A stretch of DNA of 64,000 nt, taken from positions 864,001 through 928,000 of the forward strand of contig JAXGYC010000007.1 in assembly GCA_040772485.1 (NCBI GenBank), read 5' to 3'. This DNA is from Sedimentisphaerales bacterium (GTDB lineage Bacteria > Planctomycetota > Phycisphaerae > Sedimentisphaerales > Anaerobacaceae). Within the stretch, counting starts at the first letter, position 1; each line of letters begins with the position of its first letter. The position numbers and the translations under genes were made by a program. Below the pieces are notes generated by a model. That model searched no databases and had not been told where the DNA came from. It saw only the letters and a list, made by a program, of their open reading frames with translations. Below are positions 9,483-18,982 of the stretch, piece after piece.

Positions 9483-11300
9483 ATGACCGCCAGGATCGAA
9501 CTGTTAGCTCCCGCTCGAGATGTGCCGGTCGCGATGGCCGCGATTCGCTGCGGGGCCGATGCCGTCTACGTCGGCGCGCCTCAGTTCGGCGCCCGCGAGG
9601 CGGCGGGCAACACGATCTCGGCGATCCGGCAGATCGTGGATTTCGCCCACCCGTACTACGCACGCGTGTACGTCGCGCTGAACACGCTGCTGCGTGACGA
9701 TGAGTTGGCGCGGGCTGAGAGGATGATCGGCGAACTGCATCGTATCGGCGTCGACGGCCTGATCGTTCAGGACGTGGGCCTGCTCGAACTGGACCTGCCG
9801 CCGGTGCCGCTGATTGCCAGCACGCAGATGCACAACGCGACGATCGAGAAGGTTCAGTTCCTCGAAGCAGTGGGCTTTTTGCGTGTGATCCTGGCCCGCG
9901 AACTGAGCCTGGATCAAATCCGCGCCATCCGCCGGGCGACCACCATCGAACTGGAGTGCTTCGTTCACGGCGCCCTGTGTGTCGGCGCCAGCGGCCAGTG
10001 CTATATGAGCTACGCTATCGGCGGACGCAGCGGCAACCGGGGCCAATGCGCCCAGCCGTGTAGGCGGCGATACACTCTCAAGGACCGGCGTGGCAGGATT
10101 CTGGTCCGCGACCGCCACCTGCTGTCGCTGAAGGATCTGAATCTGGCCGACCATCTGGCGGAGCTGATCGACGCGGGAGTCAGTTCATTCAAGATCGAGG
10201 GGCGGCTGAAGGACGTTGCCTACGTCGCCAATACCGTGGGCTTCTACCGCCGCAAGCTCGATACGCTCCTGGCGGAAAAGGGACTCGCACGAACCTCTTC
10301 GGGGTCGTCTGAACTGGCTTTTGAACCCAATCCCGACAAGACGTTCAGTCGCGGATTCACGGATTACGGCTTGGCCGAAGACCGGTCAGGCTTCGGCGCC
10401 ATCGACAGTCCTAAATCGAGGGGAGAGTTCATCGGGACGGTGGCATCCGTGGAACGGTCATGTTTCGTCCTCAGCGACGATCACGACCTGCACAACGGCG
10501 ACGGGCTCTGCTTCTTCGATGGGAAACGCGAACTGGCCGGCACACTCGTCAACTGCGTCGAGGGGCGTAGGGTTTGTCCGCAGAAGATGCACGCCATCCG
10601 CGCCGGCCAGGAGATCTATCGCAACTACGATCGCGTCTTCTCAGGCAGACTGACGGACAAGGCCGCGAAGCGGAGAATCCAGATCGTCATGACCCTTGCG
10701 GAGAAGCCCCAGGAACTGACTCTGACCGGTTGCGACGAAGATGGAAACGAGGCAACCGTCGAGATCGCAGGCGACAAGCAACTCGCCCGGAACGAGGACG
10801 CCGCGCGCAAGACGATCCTTGCCCAAGTGACCAGGCTCGGCAATACCCTCTTCGCCTGTCGCGAGGTGCGGATGCAAACCAACGCCACGTACTTTCTGTC
10901 GGTGTCGCAGTTGAACGCGGCCAGACGGGAGCTGGTGGAACGGTTGATGCAGGTGCGAAAAGCCAATCGACCCCGCCCGGGCGGCGCGGTCCGGAGGAAC
11001 GCTGTCCCCTGTCCGGAAAAGCACTTGTCCTACCTGGGCAACGTGCTGAATCGCAAGGCCGAGGAATTCTACCGCCGGCACGGCGTGGAGATCATCGAAC
11101 CAGCCGCCGAATCCGGCCTGGACCTGTCGGGTCGCCTCGTCATGACCACCAAATACTGCCTGCGTCAGGAGCTGGGCCTGTGCGAGGGGCCCCGGTCCGG
11201 CGCGGCAGCCGAGCCGCTGATCCTCGAGGATGAGGATGGACGCACGTTCGAGATTCGTTTCCGTTGCGGGCCGTGCGGCATGGAGATCGTGGCGCCGTAG
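9483..11300 (+). CDS. U32-family protein with DUF3656-like C-terminus (RlhA-like)
   Basis: ELLAPA, GADAVY, HGALC..SGQC, NRGQCAQPCR, KIEGR. Confidence 0.88.
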   Translation: MTARIELLAPARDVPVAMAAIRCGADAVYVGAPQFGAREAAGNTISAIRQIVDFAHPYYARVYVALNTLLRDDELARAERMIGELHRIGVDGLIVQDVGLLELDLPPVPLIASTQMHNATIEKVQFLEAVGFLRVILARELSLDQIRAIRRATTIELECFVHGALCVGASGQCYMSYAIGGRSGNRGQCAQPCRRRYTLKDRRGRILVRDRHLLSLKDLNLADHLAELIDAGVSSFKIEGRLKDVAYVANTVGFYRRKLDTLLAEKGLARTSSGSSELAFEPNPDKTFSRGFTDYGLAEDRSGFGAIDSPKSRGEFIGTVASVERSCFVLSDDHDLHNGDGLCFFDGKRELAGTLVNCVEGRRVCPQKMHAIRAGQEIYRNYDRVFSGRLTDKAAKRRIQIVMTLAEKPQELTLTGCDEDGNEATVEIAGDKQLARNEDAARKTILAQVTRLGNTLFACREVRMQTNATYFLSVSQLNAARRELVERLMQVRKANRPRPGGAVRRNAVPCPEKHLSYLGNVLNRKAEEFYRRHGVEIIEPAAESGLDLSGRLVMTTKYCLRQELGLCEGPRSGAAAEPLILEDEDGRTFEIRFRCGPCGMEIVAP

Positions 11301-11391
11301 GACGTTCGCGTCGTCACCGGGCCAAATAGGACGGCTCGACCGAATGATGCGGCCGAGCCGATGGACTGCTTGAAGACGCTGTCTGCCTGCG

Positions 11392-11721
11392 TCAGGCCTG
11401 GATCTTGTCGATCTTGACCTGGAGGTACTTCTGGCGATGCCCGATGCGGCACTTGCTGTTCTTTCGCCGACGGAAGTACGTGATATAGAGCTTGTCGCCC
11501 TTGACCAACGCGTCTTCGGCCGTGCCGTCGAATGAGGCGATGACCTTCGCCCCCTCCACGTAAGGGGTTCCGAGCCGGCTGGCGGCTCCATCACCTATGA
11601 AAAGGACCTTGTCCAACTCGATCTGCCTGGCTTGCGGATCGACGTCCACCAGCTCGATATTCAGGCAATCGCCCTCGGCCACCTTGTGCTGTTTTCCGCC
11701 CTGCTCGATTACTGCGTACAT
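11392..11721 (-). CDS. rplU: 50S ribosomal protein L21
   Basis: MYAVIEQGGKQHKV, GTPYVEGAKV, GHRQ. Confidence 0.96.
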   Translation of the reverse strand: MYAVIEQGGKQHKVAEGDCLNIELVDVDPQARQIELDKVLFIGDGAASRLGTPYVEGAKVIASFDGTAEDALVKGDKLYITYFRRRKNSKCRIGHRQKYLQVKIDKIQA

Positions 11722-11875
11722 CTCAGAAACTCCAGGTCAAGGACTGCAATCTTGGGAAAACCGGTATCTTATGCCCCAGGGCCATTTTTGTAAAGACATT
11801 TCTGCGGGTTTTTCGTATTCTGTCGGCCGCAGGCGTTGCTCGAACCTGAACGGATGCATTCTCGGGAGTGCCTTG

Positions 11876-12709
11876 ATGAAATTGGCCATGCTCAACGACA
11901 GGATCGTCCCTGTCGACTCTCTCGATCCGATCTACTTCGATCGGGGAATCTACTTCGGCGACGGGGTCTATGAGGTCCTTCGCAGCTATCACGGCAAGCT
12001 CTTCGCCCTGGACGACCACCTGGCGCGGTTCGCCCGGAGCCTGGCGGAGGTCCGTATTACCAGTGTGGACGTCGTCCAGATTCGCAGCCGGGTCGAGCGG
12101 GCTTTTGCCGCCAGCGGCCTGCCGGACGCCAAGATCTACTTCCATGTGACCCGAGGCTCGGCCCCCCGGAATCACGTCTGGAACGCCGATCTGGAGCCCA
12201 ATTTCTTCCTTACGGTCAGTGAAGTGCCCGACGACAGCCGCGACAAGGCCGAGGGGATCACCGTATCAACCCACCCCGACTGGCGGTGGAAGCGGTGCGA
12301 CATCAAGTCGCTGAACCTGCTGGCCAACGTCCTGGCCCGTCAGAATGCGGCGGAGAAGGGCTGCGGCGAGGCAATTCTCGTGGATGACGTCGGACTGATC
12401 ACCGAGGGTGCCGGCTCGGGTTTCTTCGCTATCCTGGGCCGGAGCCTGTGGACCGCCCCCCTCTCGGCCAACATCCTGCCATCCATCACTCGGAGCTTCG
12501 TAATCAAGGCGGCCCGGAACTTGGGGATGGAAGTCGTGGAGCAGTGCCTGACGCCGCAACAGGCGTCCTCCGCCACCGAACTGTTCATCGTGGTGACCAC
12601 CAAGGACATCGTCCCGGTGGTCAAGTTCGACGGCGCCGTCATCGGCAATGGCAAGCCCGGCCCCCAAACCGCCGCCCTGATCGCCGAATTCCACAAGTTC
12701 ACCGTCTGA
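11876..12709 (+). CDS. Class IV PLP aminotransferase (D-amino-acid aminotransferase-like)
   Basis: DRGIYFGDGVYE, RCDIKSLNLL, ITEG, ILPSITR. Confidence 0.9.
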   Translation: MKLAMLNDRIVPVDSLDPIYFDRGIYFGDGVYEVLRSYHGKLFALDDHLARFARSLAEVRITSVDVVQIRSRVERAFAASGLPDAKIYFHVTRGSAPRNHVWNADLEPNFFLTVSEVPDDSRDKAEGITVSTHPDWRWKRCDIKSLNLLANVLARQNAAEKGCGEAILVDDVGLITEGAGSGFFAILGRSLWTAPLSANILPSITRSFVIKAARNLGMEVVEQCLTPQQASSATELFIVVTTKDIVPVVKFDGAVIGNGKPGPQTAALIAEFHKFTV

Positions 12710-12728
12710 ACTTGTCCGCGAAAAACAC

Positions 12729-12760
12729 AAGGGGGCTGCACCGCAGGCAGCCCCCTTCTC
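12729..12760. terminator. Hairpin between convergent genes, probable terminator
   Basis: AAGGGGGCTGC-accgcag-GCAGCCCCCTT, with an A-rich left flank and pyrimidine-rich right flank. Confidence 0.6.
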
Positions 12761-12782
12761 CTTCGAAGCCCAACCAGTACCG

Positions 12783-13985
12783 TCAAATCAAAGGCACCGT
12801 CCCTTTGTAGAAGAGCACCAGAGCAATCACGCAGACCAGCATGATGACCGCTGGGACCATCCATACCTTCTGCCACTGGAACTGATCGCCCACTTTGAAT
12901 TTGTCCATCACTATGCCTGCCAGTTGCGTGCCGCCGAACAAGGCCACACCGCTCTGGGCCGTGAAGATCAGGGCCTGCATAGAGCTGCCCGCCCCTTCCG
13001 GCGCCACCGCCCCGGCATACATCTGTCCAGCGATGATGAAGAACACATAGGCCAATCCGTGAAAGGCCTGGGCCCCCACGATCATGGCGGGTGGACGCGG
13101 CACAATGTAGGTCACGAACAGGACCAACCAGGAAACGGCTCCGGCCACCAGCGTCCACTTGTAGCCCCCTTTGCCTACCATCCAACTGAGGACGAAGAGC
13201 GTCGCTGCGGCCTGCACCGCCTGCGCGATGGCCATCGAGGCCGGCACGTTCTTCGCCTGGATGCGGTTGTCCTGCATGAACTGTGCGGTCCCGAGGAAGT
13301 AGAACTGCATCATTCCCGGCGCGACCATCGAAATCAGCAGGAAGACCAGGAATGTCGGAATCTTCAACATGCCCAACGCGGAGCTTCCTGCCGCACCGGC
13401 CGCCGGCGTGCTTGGCAGGAAGCCACCGCAGATGACCGCCATAGCCACCGACAAGACCGCTGCCAAGATCAGGCAATCCCGGCCTTCTTCACCGGTCTTG
13501 AAGATCCAGCGCCAGCCGGTCAGGAAGTAGCCGGCCACCGCCCAGGCAATCGGCGCCCACATGAAGATGTAGGCGGATTTCGCCGTGTCGACGTTGTTCT
13601 TGGCCAGGTGATAGAACATCAGCGAGTTGACCAGAGGCAAGGTCGCCGCATAACACAGTGCGTAGAGCAGAATCACCGTGAACAGTGACTTGAAGTCCTT
13701 GCGATAGCTCGCGACAAACAGCAGCACCATGCCGGCAAGGTGGGCCACCGCCAGAATGTACTCCGTGTTGAAGTACTTGTCTGCCAGATACCCGGCCAGC
13801 AACGGCATGAAGATACAGGCCAACGGCAAGGCCGAATAAACCCAGCCGGTCTGCTTGCCACTGAACTTCAGCGGGCCCAGCAGCCGCGCCGCCAAAACCG
13901 GATACCACGCCCCCCATACGGCAAACTCCAAAGCCATCAACGCGCTGAGCTTCCAATACAGGGTCGAATCCATCCCGAAAGTCAT
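12783..13985 (-). CDS. MFS transporter, nucleoside:H+ symporter family
   Basis: LEFAVWGAW, GYLADKYF, about 12 hydrophobic segments; AAGGAG RBS. Confidence 0.85.
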   Translation of the reverse strand: MTFGMDSTLYWKLSALMALEFAVWGAWYPVLAARLLGPLKFSGKQTGWVYSALPLACIFMPLLAGYLADKYFNTEYILAVAHLAGMVLLFVASYRKDFKSLFTVILLYALCYAATLPLVNSLMFYHLAKNNVDTAKSAYIFMWAPIAWAVAGYFLTGWRWIFKTGEEGRDCLILAAVLSVAMAVICGGFLPSTPAAGAAGSSALGMLKIPTFLVFLLISMVAPGMMQFYFLGTAQFMQDNRIQAKNVPASMAIAQAVQAAATLFVLSWMVGKGGYKWTLVAGAVSWLVLFVTYIVPRPPAMIVGAQAFHGLAYVFFIIAGQMYAGAVAPEGAGSSMQALIFTAQSGVALFGGTQLAGIVMDKFKVGDQFQWQKVWMVPAVIMLVCVIALVLFYKGTVPLI

Positions 13986-14023
13986 GTCATTCTCCTTGAA
14001 TCGCCACGCCGCCGTTGGTCCGG

Positions 14024-14839
14024 TCAACTCGCAGCAGCCAACCGCTGGACTGCCTTCTGGATATCGCCGAAACGATCGTCGCCCGCCTCGCGCTCGATGG
14101 CCAATGCCCCGTCGTATCCCACCTCTTCCAGCGCCGCGAGAAACTCGGCGATGCCGACCTGGCCGTCGCCCCAGGGCACCTCGGCCCCCCACGTCCCAGG
14201 CTCGCTGGTGCGTAGCGCGTCCTTGATGTGGATGTGTCGAATCCACGGCGCCAGGGTGTGGACCGCCTTAATGGGATTGCCCTTGTCGTAGAGGATCATG
14301 TTGGCCGGATCGAAGTTGACGCCGACGGAATTGTGGTCGAGCGTCTCGAGAAAATGCCTCAGCTCTTTGGCGCTCTCCTGCCCTGTCTCCAGCAGGAAGA
14401 TCACACCGTTCTCTTCCGCCATATCGGCCAAGGTGCGGATTCGGTCCGTGATCTTGGCGGCGTGAGCCTTGTCTGTCTCGTCGATGAAGCCGGCGTGCAT
14501 CGAGAGGTACTTGACCCCCAGCTCAGCGGTGATCTCGGCGGCCTGGGCAAACAGGGCGCGATCCCCCTGCCAATACGCGTCGGGAACGATGCCGCCGGTG
14601 ACCTTGATGGTGTCCAGCGTCGAGTAGTCCTCATGCTCGAAGTTCAGCATGGTCGAAGTGATCGTCCAATCCTGGGCCTTGATCGCGTCCAGACACTGCT
14701 TGCCGCCGGCGCCGATCGCACCGGCAATCGCCAGGTGCACGTGCTGCAAACCCAGTTTCTTCATCGCCGTGGCCACGCCGGGGATGTCCGTCTGGAGCGA
14801 CCAACTGCAAACGCCTACGGGCCAATTCCTGCACTTCAT
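14024..14839 (-). CDS. Sugar phosphate isomerase/epimerase (xylose isomerase-like TIM barrel)
   Basis: LETGQE, NFDPAN, HIHIKD, IERE. Confidence 0.88.
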   Translation of the reverse strand: MKCRNWPVGVCSWSLQTDIPGVATAMKKLGLQHVHLAIAGAIGAGGKQCLDAIKAQDWTITSTMLNFEHEDYSTLDTIKVTGGIVPDAYWQGDRALFAQAAEITAELGVKYLSMHAGFIDETDKAHAAKITDRIRTLADMAEENGVIFLLETGQESAKELRHFLETLDHNSVGVNFDPANMILYDKGNPIKAVHTLAPWIRHIHIKDALRTSEPGTWGAEVPWGDGQVGIAEFLAALEEVGYDGALAIEREAGDDRFGDIQKAVQRLAAAS

Positions 14840-14866
14840 GTCAGTCTCCTGTCTTTATGCCCCCGA

Positions 14867-15886
14867 TCACTGAATGGCGATGCGCTCTCGCCTGCGGATC
14901 GACTGCTTCTCTGCTTCCACGATCTTCACCGAGTCGCGTGACTGCTCCAGCGTGATGACCGGCGGCACGGTCTGGCCCTGGATCGCCTTGGCGAAGTGCT
15001 CGACCTGGCGGACGTAGCCATCCTGCGGCAGCACCTGCGGCGTGAAGACCTCGCCCTCGGCCGGGCAGACCCGCAAAGCCGGCTGCCGCGTCAGGTCGTA
15101 GACGATCGTGGCCTTCTCCATGATCAGATTGAAGCTCATCTCGAAGCCGAAGCTCGGCATCATCCCCCAGCCGCCCTCGGCGGTGACGACCTGGTCGTCG
15201 CCATAGACGTACTGCGTGACGATGTGGATCAACTGCCCTCGCGGCCCGACGGCCCCATGAGCGCAGACCGCCCTGGGCATACCGAGAAGGTATTGAACGT
15301 AATCGGTGTCGTGAATGTGCAGGTCCAGCGCGACTCCTCCGCTGCGCTGCTCATCCACGAACCAGTTGTCCAGGCTCCAGCCGGGAGGCGAACCCAGCCG
15401 CTGGAACATCGCGGCGACCACCTTGCCGTACTTGCCGCTGTCGACCAACTCCTTGGCCTTGACATATTCCGGCCAGAACCGCAGACAGTGGCCAATCTGG
15501 AGGACCTTGCCGCTCTTGCGGGCGCCCGCAATCATGCGTTCGCAGTCGCCCACGGTCAGCGCCATCGGCTTTTCGCACAAGACGTGCACGCCGCGTGACA
15601 GCGCCCGCTCGGAAAACTCGGCGTGAAGATAGGTAGGCAGGGTCAGCGAGATCGCATCGAGCCCCGCCTTCGCGATCATCCGGTCGAAATCGGCGAACAC
15701 TTCGATTCCTGTAAAGTCGATGTCGCCGGCGGCCCCGTCGATGTTCCCCACCGCCCGGTGCGTGTCCTCTTTGATGTTCGGGTTCGCGTCGCAGACCGCG
15801 ACAACCCGCGCATCTTCCCGCGCCTTCCAGCAGCGAAAATGCATGCGTCCCATGAATCCGAACCCGACGATTCCCACTTTCAACAT
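14867..15886 (-). CDS. Gfo/Idh/MocA oxidoreductase
   Basis: GFGFMG, CEKPM, DLHIHD. Confidence 0.92.
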   Translation of the reverse strand: MLKVGIVGFGFMGRMHFRCWKAREDARVVAVCDANPNIKEDTHRAVGNIDGAAGDIDFTGIEVFADFDRMIAKAGLDAISLTLPTYLHAEFSERALSRGVHVLCEKPMALTVGDCERMIAGARKSGKVLQIGHCLRFWPEYVKAKELVDSGKYGKVVAAMFQRLGSPPGWSLDNWFVDEQRSGGVALDLHIHDTDYVQYLLGMPRAVCAHGAVGPRGQLIHIVTQYVYGDDQVVTAEGGWGMMPSFGFEMSFNLIMEKATIVYDLTRQPALRVCPAEGEVFTPQVLPQDGYVRQVEHFAKAIQGQTVPPVITLEQSRDSVKIVEAEKQSIRRRERIAIQ

Positions 15887-16196
15887 CGCAACAGACCTCC
15901 CTATGGTGTGGGCTCGGCGCCTGCAGGTGTTCGGTCAGGCAGCCCGCGAGGTGATCTTTCTTCCCTTGGCCCGATCATGCATCTCATAGCGCCAGGACTC
16001 TCCAATCGGCACGTTTAAGATGCCGGATTCTATCAAACCGGCCCGAGGGCCGCCAAGCGATTTTCTTGCATTCGCCTGACAAATCGCAGGTCCAAGGAAA
16101 GGCCGTGGACATTGCCGGCCGCAGCGGTATCATGCGGAAGGTGTGCATGCCGGCGAACGAACCGGTGAGCCGGAGCCCTGGCGACGGGAGTGATTG

Positions 16197-17237
16197 ATGG
16201 AGACCGTGATGACACCGAAAGAGCGAATCTACGCGACCCTGCGAGGCCGACCCGTCGATCGGCGGGCCGTGACACCAATCTTCATGGCTTGGTCCGCCAA
16301 CTTCATTGGACACACCTATCGGGATTACTACCTCGACGGTGACGTCCTGGTCGAATCGCAACTGGCGGTGACGCACGCGTTCGGCCTCGACCAGGCCAGC
16401 GCGATCAGCGATCCCTGGCGCGAAGCATCCGCCTATGGGATGGGATTCGACTATCCGCCCGACGGCGTCGGCAAACCCAGGGGAATGCTGATTCAGACCC
16501 CCGACGACGTCGCACGGCTTGCGCCGTTTGAGATCGAGAAGGCGGAGCGTCCCAGGCAACGTATCGAGAGCGTCCGCAAGATGGCCCAGGCCGTCGGCGC
16601 GACCCACAGCGTTCTCGGCTGGGTCGAGGGCCCCATCGCCGAGTACGCCGACCTGCGGGGCGTCGAGAACACGTTCATGGACCTGATCGACAAGCCCGAG
16701 ATGTACGTCCAGGCCGCCGGCATCCTCATCGACAACGCCGTCCGTTTCGCGCGGGCCCAGATCGATGCGGGCGCGGACATGATCGGCATGGGCGATGCGG
16801 TCGCCAGCCTTATCAATCCCGCCATGTACGAGCAGTACGTGCTGCCGTTCGAGAAGAAGCTGATCGACGCCATTCACGAAGCGGGCGCGACGGTCAAGCT
16901 TCACATCTGCGGCAACATCGCCAACAACATCGCCTTGATGGCCCGGACCGGCGCCGACATCATCGACGTCGACTGGATGGTCTCGCTTGCCGCAGCGCGC
17001 GAGGCGGTCGGTCCCGGCGTCACGCTGGCCGGCAATTTCGACCCGAGCGCCGTGTTGCTCCAGGGCACGCCCGAAGACGTCGCCCAAGCGGCGCGAAATT
17101 GTATCGCGTCGGCGGGGGCGAAGTTCATCCTCCAGCCCGGCTGCGAAGTCCCGCCCGGGACGCCGGAGGCGAACCTGCGCGCCTTCTGCCCCTGCGAAGG
17201 CTGCCTGATCGCCGACGACTTGCGTCGCCGTTCGTAG
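16197..17237 (+). CDS. Uroporphyrinogen decarboxylase-family protein (MtaA/CmuA-like)
   Basis: Zn ligands LHICG and PGCE, GNFDP. Confidence 0.85.
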   Translation: METVMTPKERIYATLRGRPVDRRAVTPIFMAWSANFIGHTYRDYYLDGDVLVESQLAVTHAFGLDQASAISDPWREASAYGMGFDYPPDGVGKPRGMLIQTPDDVARLAPFEIEKAERPRQRIESVRKMAQAVGATHSVLGWVEGPIAEYADLRGVENTFMDLIDKPEMYVQAAGILIDNAVRFARAQIDAGADMIGMGDAVASLINPAMYEQYVLPFEKKLIDAIHEAGATVKLHICGNIANNIALMARTGADIIDVDWMVSLAAAREAVGPGVTLAGNFDPSAVLLQGTPEDVAQAARNCIASAGAKFILQPGCEVPPGTPEANLRAFCPCEGCLIADDLRRRS

Positions 17238-17270
17238 TGATCCTGATGCACATCGGTCACCCCGCGCATT

Positions 17271-17383
17271 CTGTCATCCTGACGCGCAGCGGAAGGATCT
17301 GGCTCTCGACCGAGATGTCGGTTTCGCTATAATGAAGACCCCGCATGCGCAGGCCAGATGGTTCGCTGCGCTCACCATGACAG
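17271..17383. repeat. Inverted-repeat miniature element (GTCATCC-type)
   Basis: Imperfect arms CTGTCATCCTGACGCGCAGCGGAAGGATCTGGC and GCCAGATGGTTCGCTGCGCTCACCATGACAG between convergent genes. Confidence 0.7.
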
Positions 17384-17427
17384 AGCGGGACACCGGACCG
17401 ACCGTCGCGGTTCCCCACCTCAGTCAC

Positions 17428-18768
17428 TCACAGCGTCCAGCCCTCGCGATAGGGAGGATTGAGATACTGATTGGCCTGCTCGGAATTGGCGAACCGCATG
17501 TTCGGACCGTCCCATTCGAGTTTCTCGCCCAACCTCTTCGTCGCAATGATGCCCAGCAGTGCGATCTCCGTCAGCGGCCCGCCGTAGTCGAAGTTCGAGC
17601 CGGCCCGCCGGCCGTTCTTGATCGCATCGAGCCAGTCGACGAAGTGGTCCTTCACACGCGGCAGCGTCCTGGCCGGCTGCTTGTAGGCCCTCATCTTCTC
17701 CTCGGGGAAGATTCGCAAACTGCCGGCCCCGTGCGAGCCGTACATGATCTTGCCCTTGTCCCCGATGACGATCGCCCCCGTGCCGGGCACCTCCCGCCCG
17801 GGTTCCAGGTCGTCCGGTCGCGGGATCGTCTCGACCCCATCATGCCAGACGAGCCTGACCGGACCGCGATTGCCCTTGGCCTCGAAATCGTAGGTCACGA
17901 CGGCGCCTTTGGGGAATGTGTCGCCATGAGCCTTGGGGTCATAGTCTTCTGCCCGGGCCTGGACCGTCTTGGGAGCGCCAAGGTCAAGGGCCCAGAAGAC
18001 CGGATCGACCACGTGGCAGACCCAGTCGCCGATGACGCCGCAGCCGAACGGCATCCAGCGTCGCCATGTGCCGGGCACGTACATCGGATGATATGGACGA
18101 TACTTCGCGGGTCCAAGCCACAAGTCCCAGTCCAGTTCGGCCGGAATCTCGTGTTTCTCCTGGAGCTTCGACAGATTGTCGATGGCGCTGTAGACCGAAC
18201 CACACGCGGCGTGGACCTCCGTAACGTTGCCGATGGCCCCATCCCAAATCCATTCGCAGAACATCCGAATCGTGTCGTAGGAGTGGCCCTGATTGCCGAG
18301 CTGCGTGACCACCTTGTGCTCGCGGGCCGCCCTCATCAGGGTACGGACCTCGTGAATCGAATGGGCCAGCGGTTTCTCGCAGTAGACGTGCTTGCCCCGC
18401 CGGATTGCCTCCATAGCGATTACCGCATGCGTGTGGTCGGGCGTGGCAACGGTCACCGCGTCGATCCGGTCGCCCATCTCATCGAACAGCTTGCGGTAGT
18501 CACGATATTTCTTCGCCTTGGGGAAATTCGTGAAGGCCTCTGCGGCCCGGCGACTGTCCACGTCGCACATCGCCACAATGCTCTCGTTCCTGGTCCCGTC
18601 GACACTGGCGCCGCCTCGACCACCGACGCCGATGCAGGCGACGTTGAGCTTCTCGCTGGGGGGAGTCTGCCCCTGCCCCAGGACGTGACGCGGAACGATC
18701 GTGAACGCGGCGATCGCGCCGGTGGCCGATTGGACGAACTGCCGTCTCGATGTCTTGCTGCTGCTCAT
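17428..18768 (-). CDS. Tat-exported Gfo/Idh/MocA oxidoreductase
   Basis: SRRQFV Tat motif, PSEKLN, TPDHTHA, CEKPL, LDWDLWLGPA. Confidence 0.92.
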   Translation of the reverse strand: MSSSKTSRRQFVQSATGAIAAFTIVPRHVLGQGQTPPSEKLNVACIGVGGRGGASVDGTRNESIVAMCDVDSRRAAEAFTNFPKAKKYRDYRKLFDEMGDRIDAVTVATPDHTHAVIAMEAIRRGKHVYCEKPLAHSIHEVRTLMRAAREHKVVTQLGNQGHSYDTIRMFCEWIWDGAIGNVTEVHAACGSVYSAIDNLSKLQEKHEIPAELDWDLWLGPAKYRPYHPMYVPGTWRRWMPFGCGVIGDWVCHVVDPVFWALDLGAPKTVQARAEDYDPKAHGDTFPKGAVVTYDFEAKGNRGPVRLVWHDGVETIPRPDDLEPGREVPGTGAIVIGDKGKIMYGSHGAGSLRIFPEEKMRAYKQPARTLPRVKDHFVDWLDAIKNGRRAGSNFDYGGPLTEIALLGIIATKRLGEKLEWDGPNMRFANSEQANQYLNPPYREGWTL

Positions 18769-18982
18769 GCTCACACCTCGGTCAATGAATCCCGATGTCG
18801 GTCTATCGACAGGAAGCTATCGCCACATCGACACACCGCGATAGTGTATCACAACACAGACCGAAACCCAAGCCGAATCAGCCGCCCGATCATGCCGCTG
18901 GCGGAAGACGTGACAGGCTGCTATAATCCTGCCATCGAGGGCTCTGTGCGGACACCCGCTGTACGATGAAAGGGGATGATGC

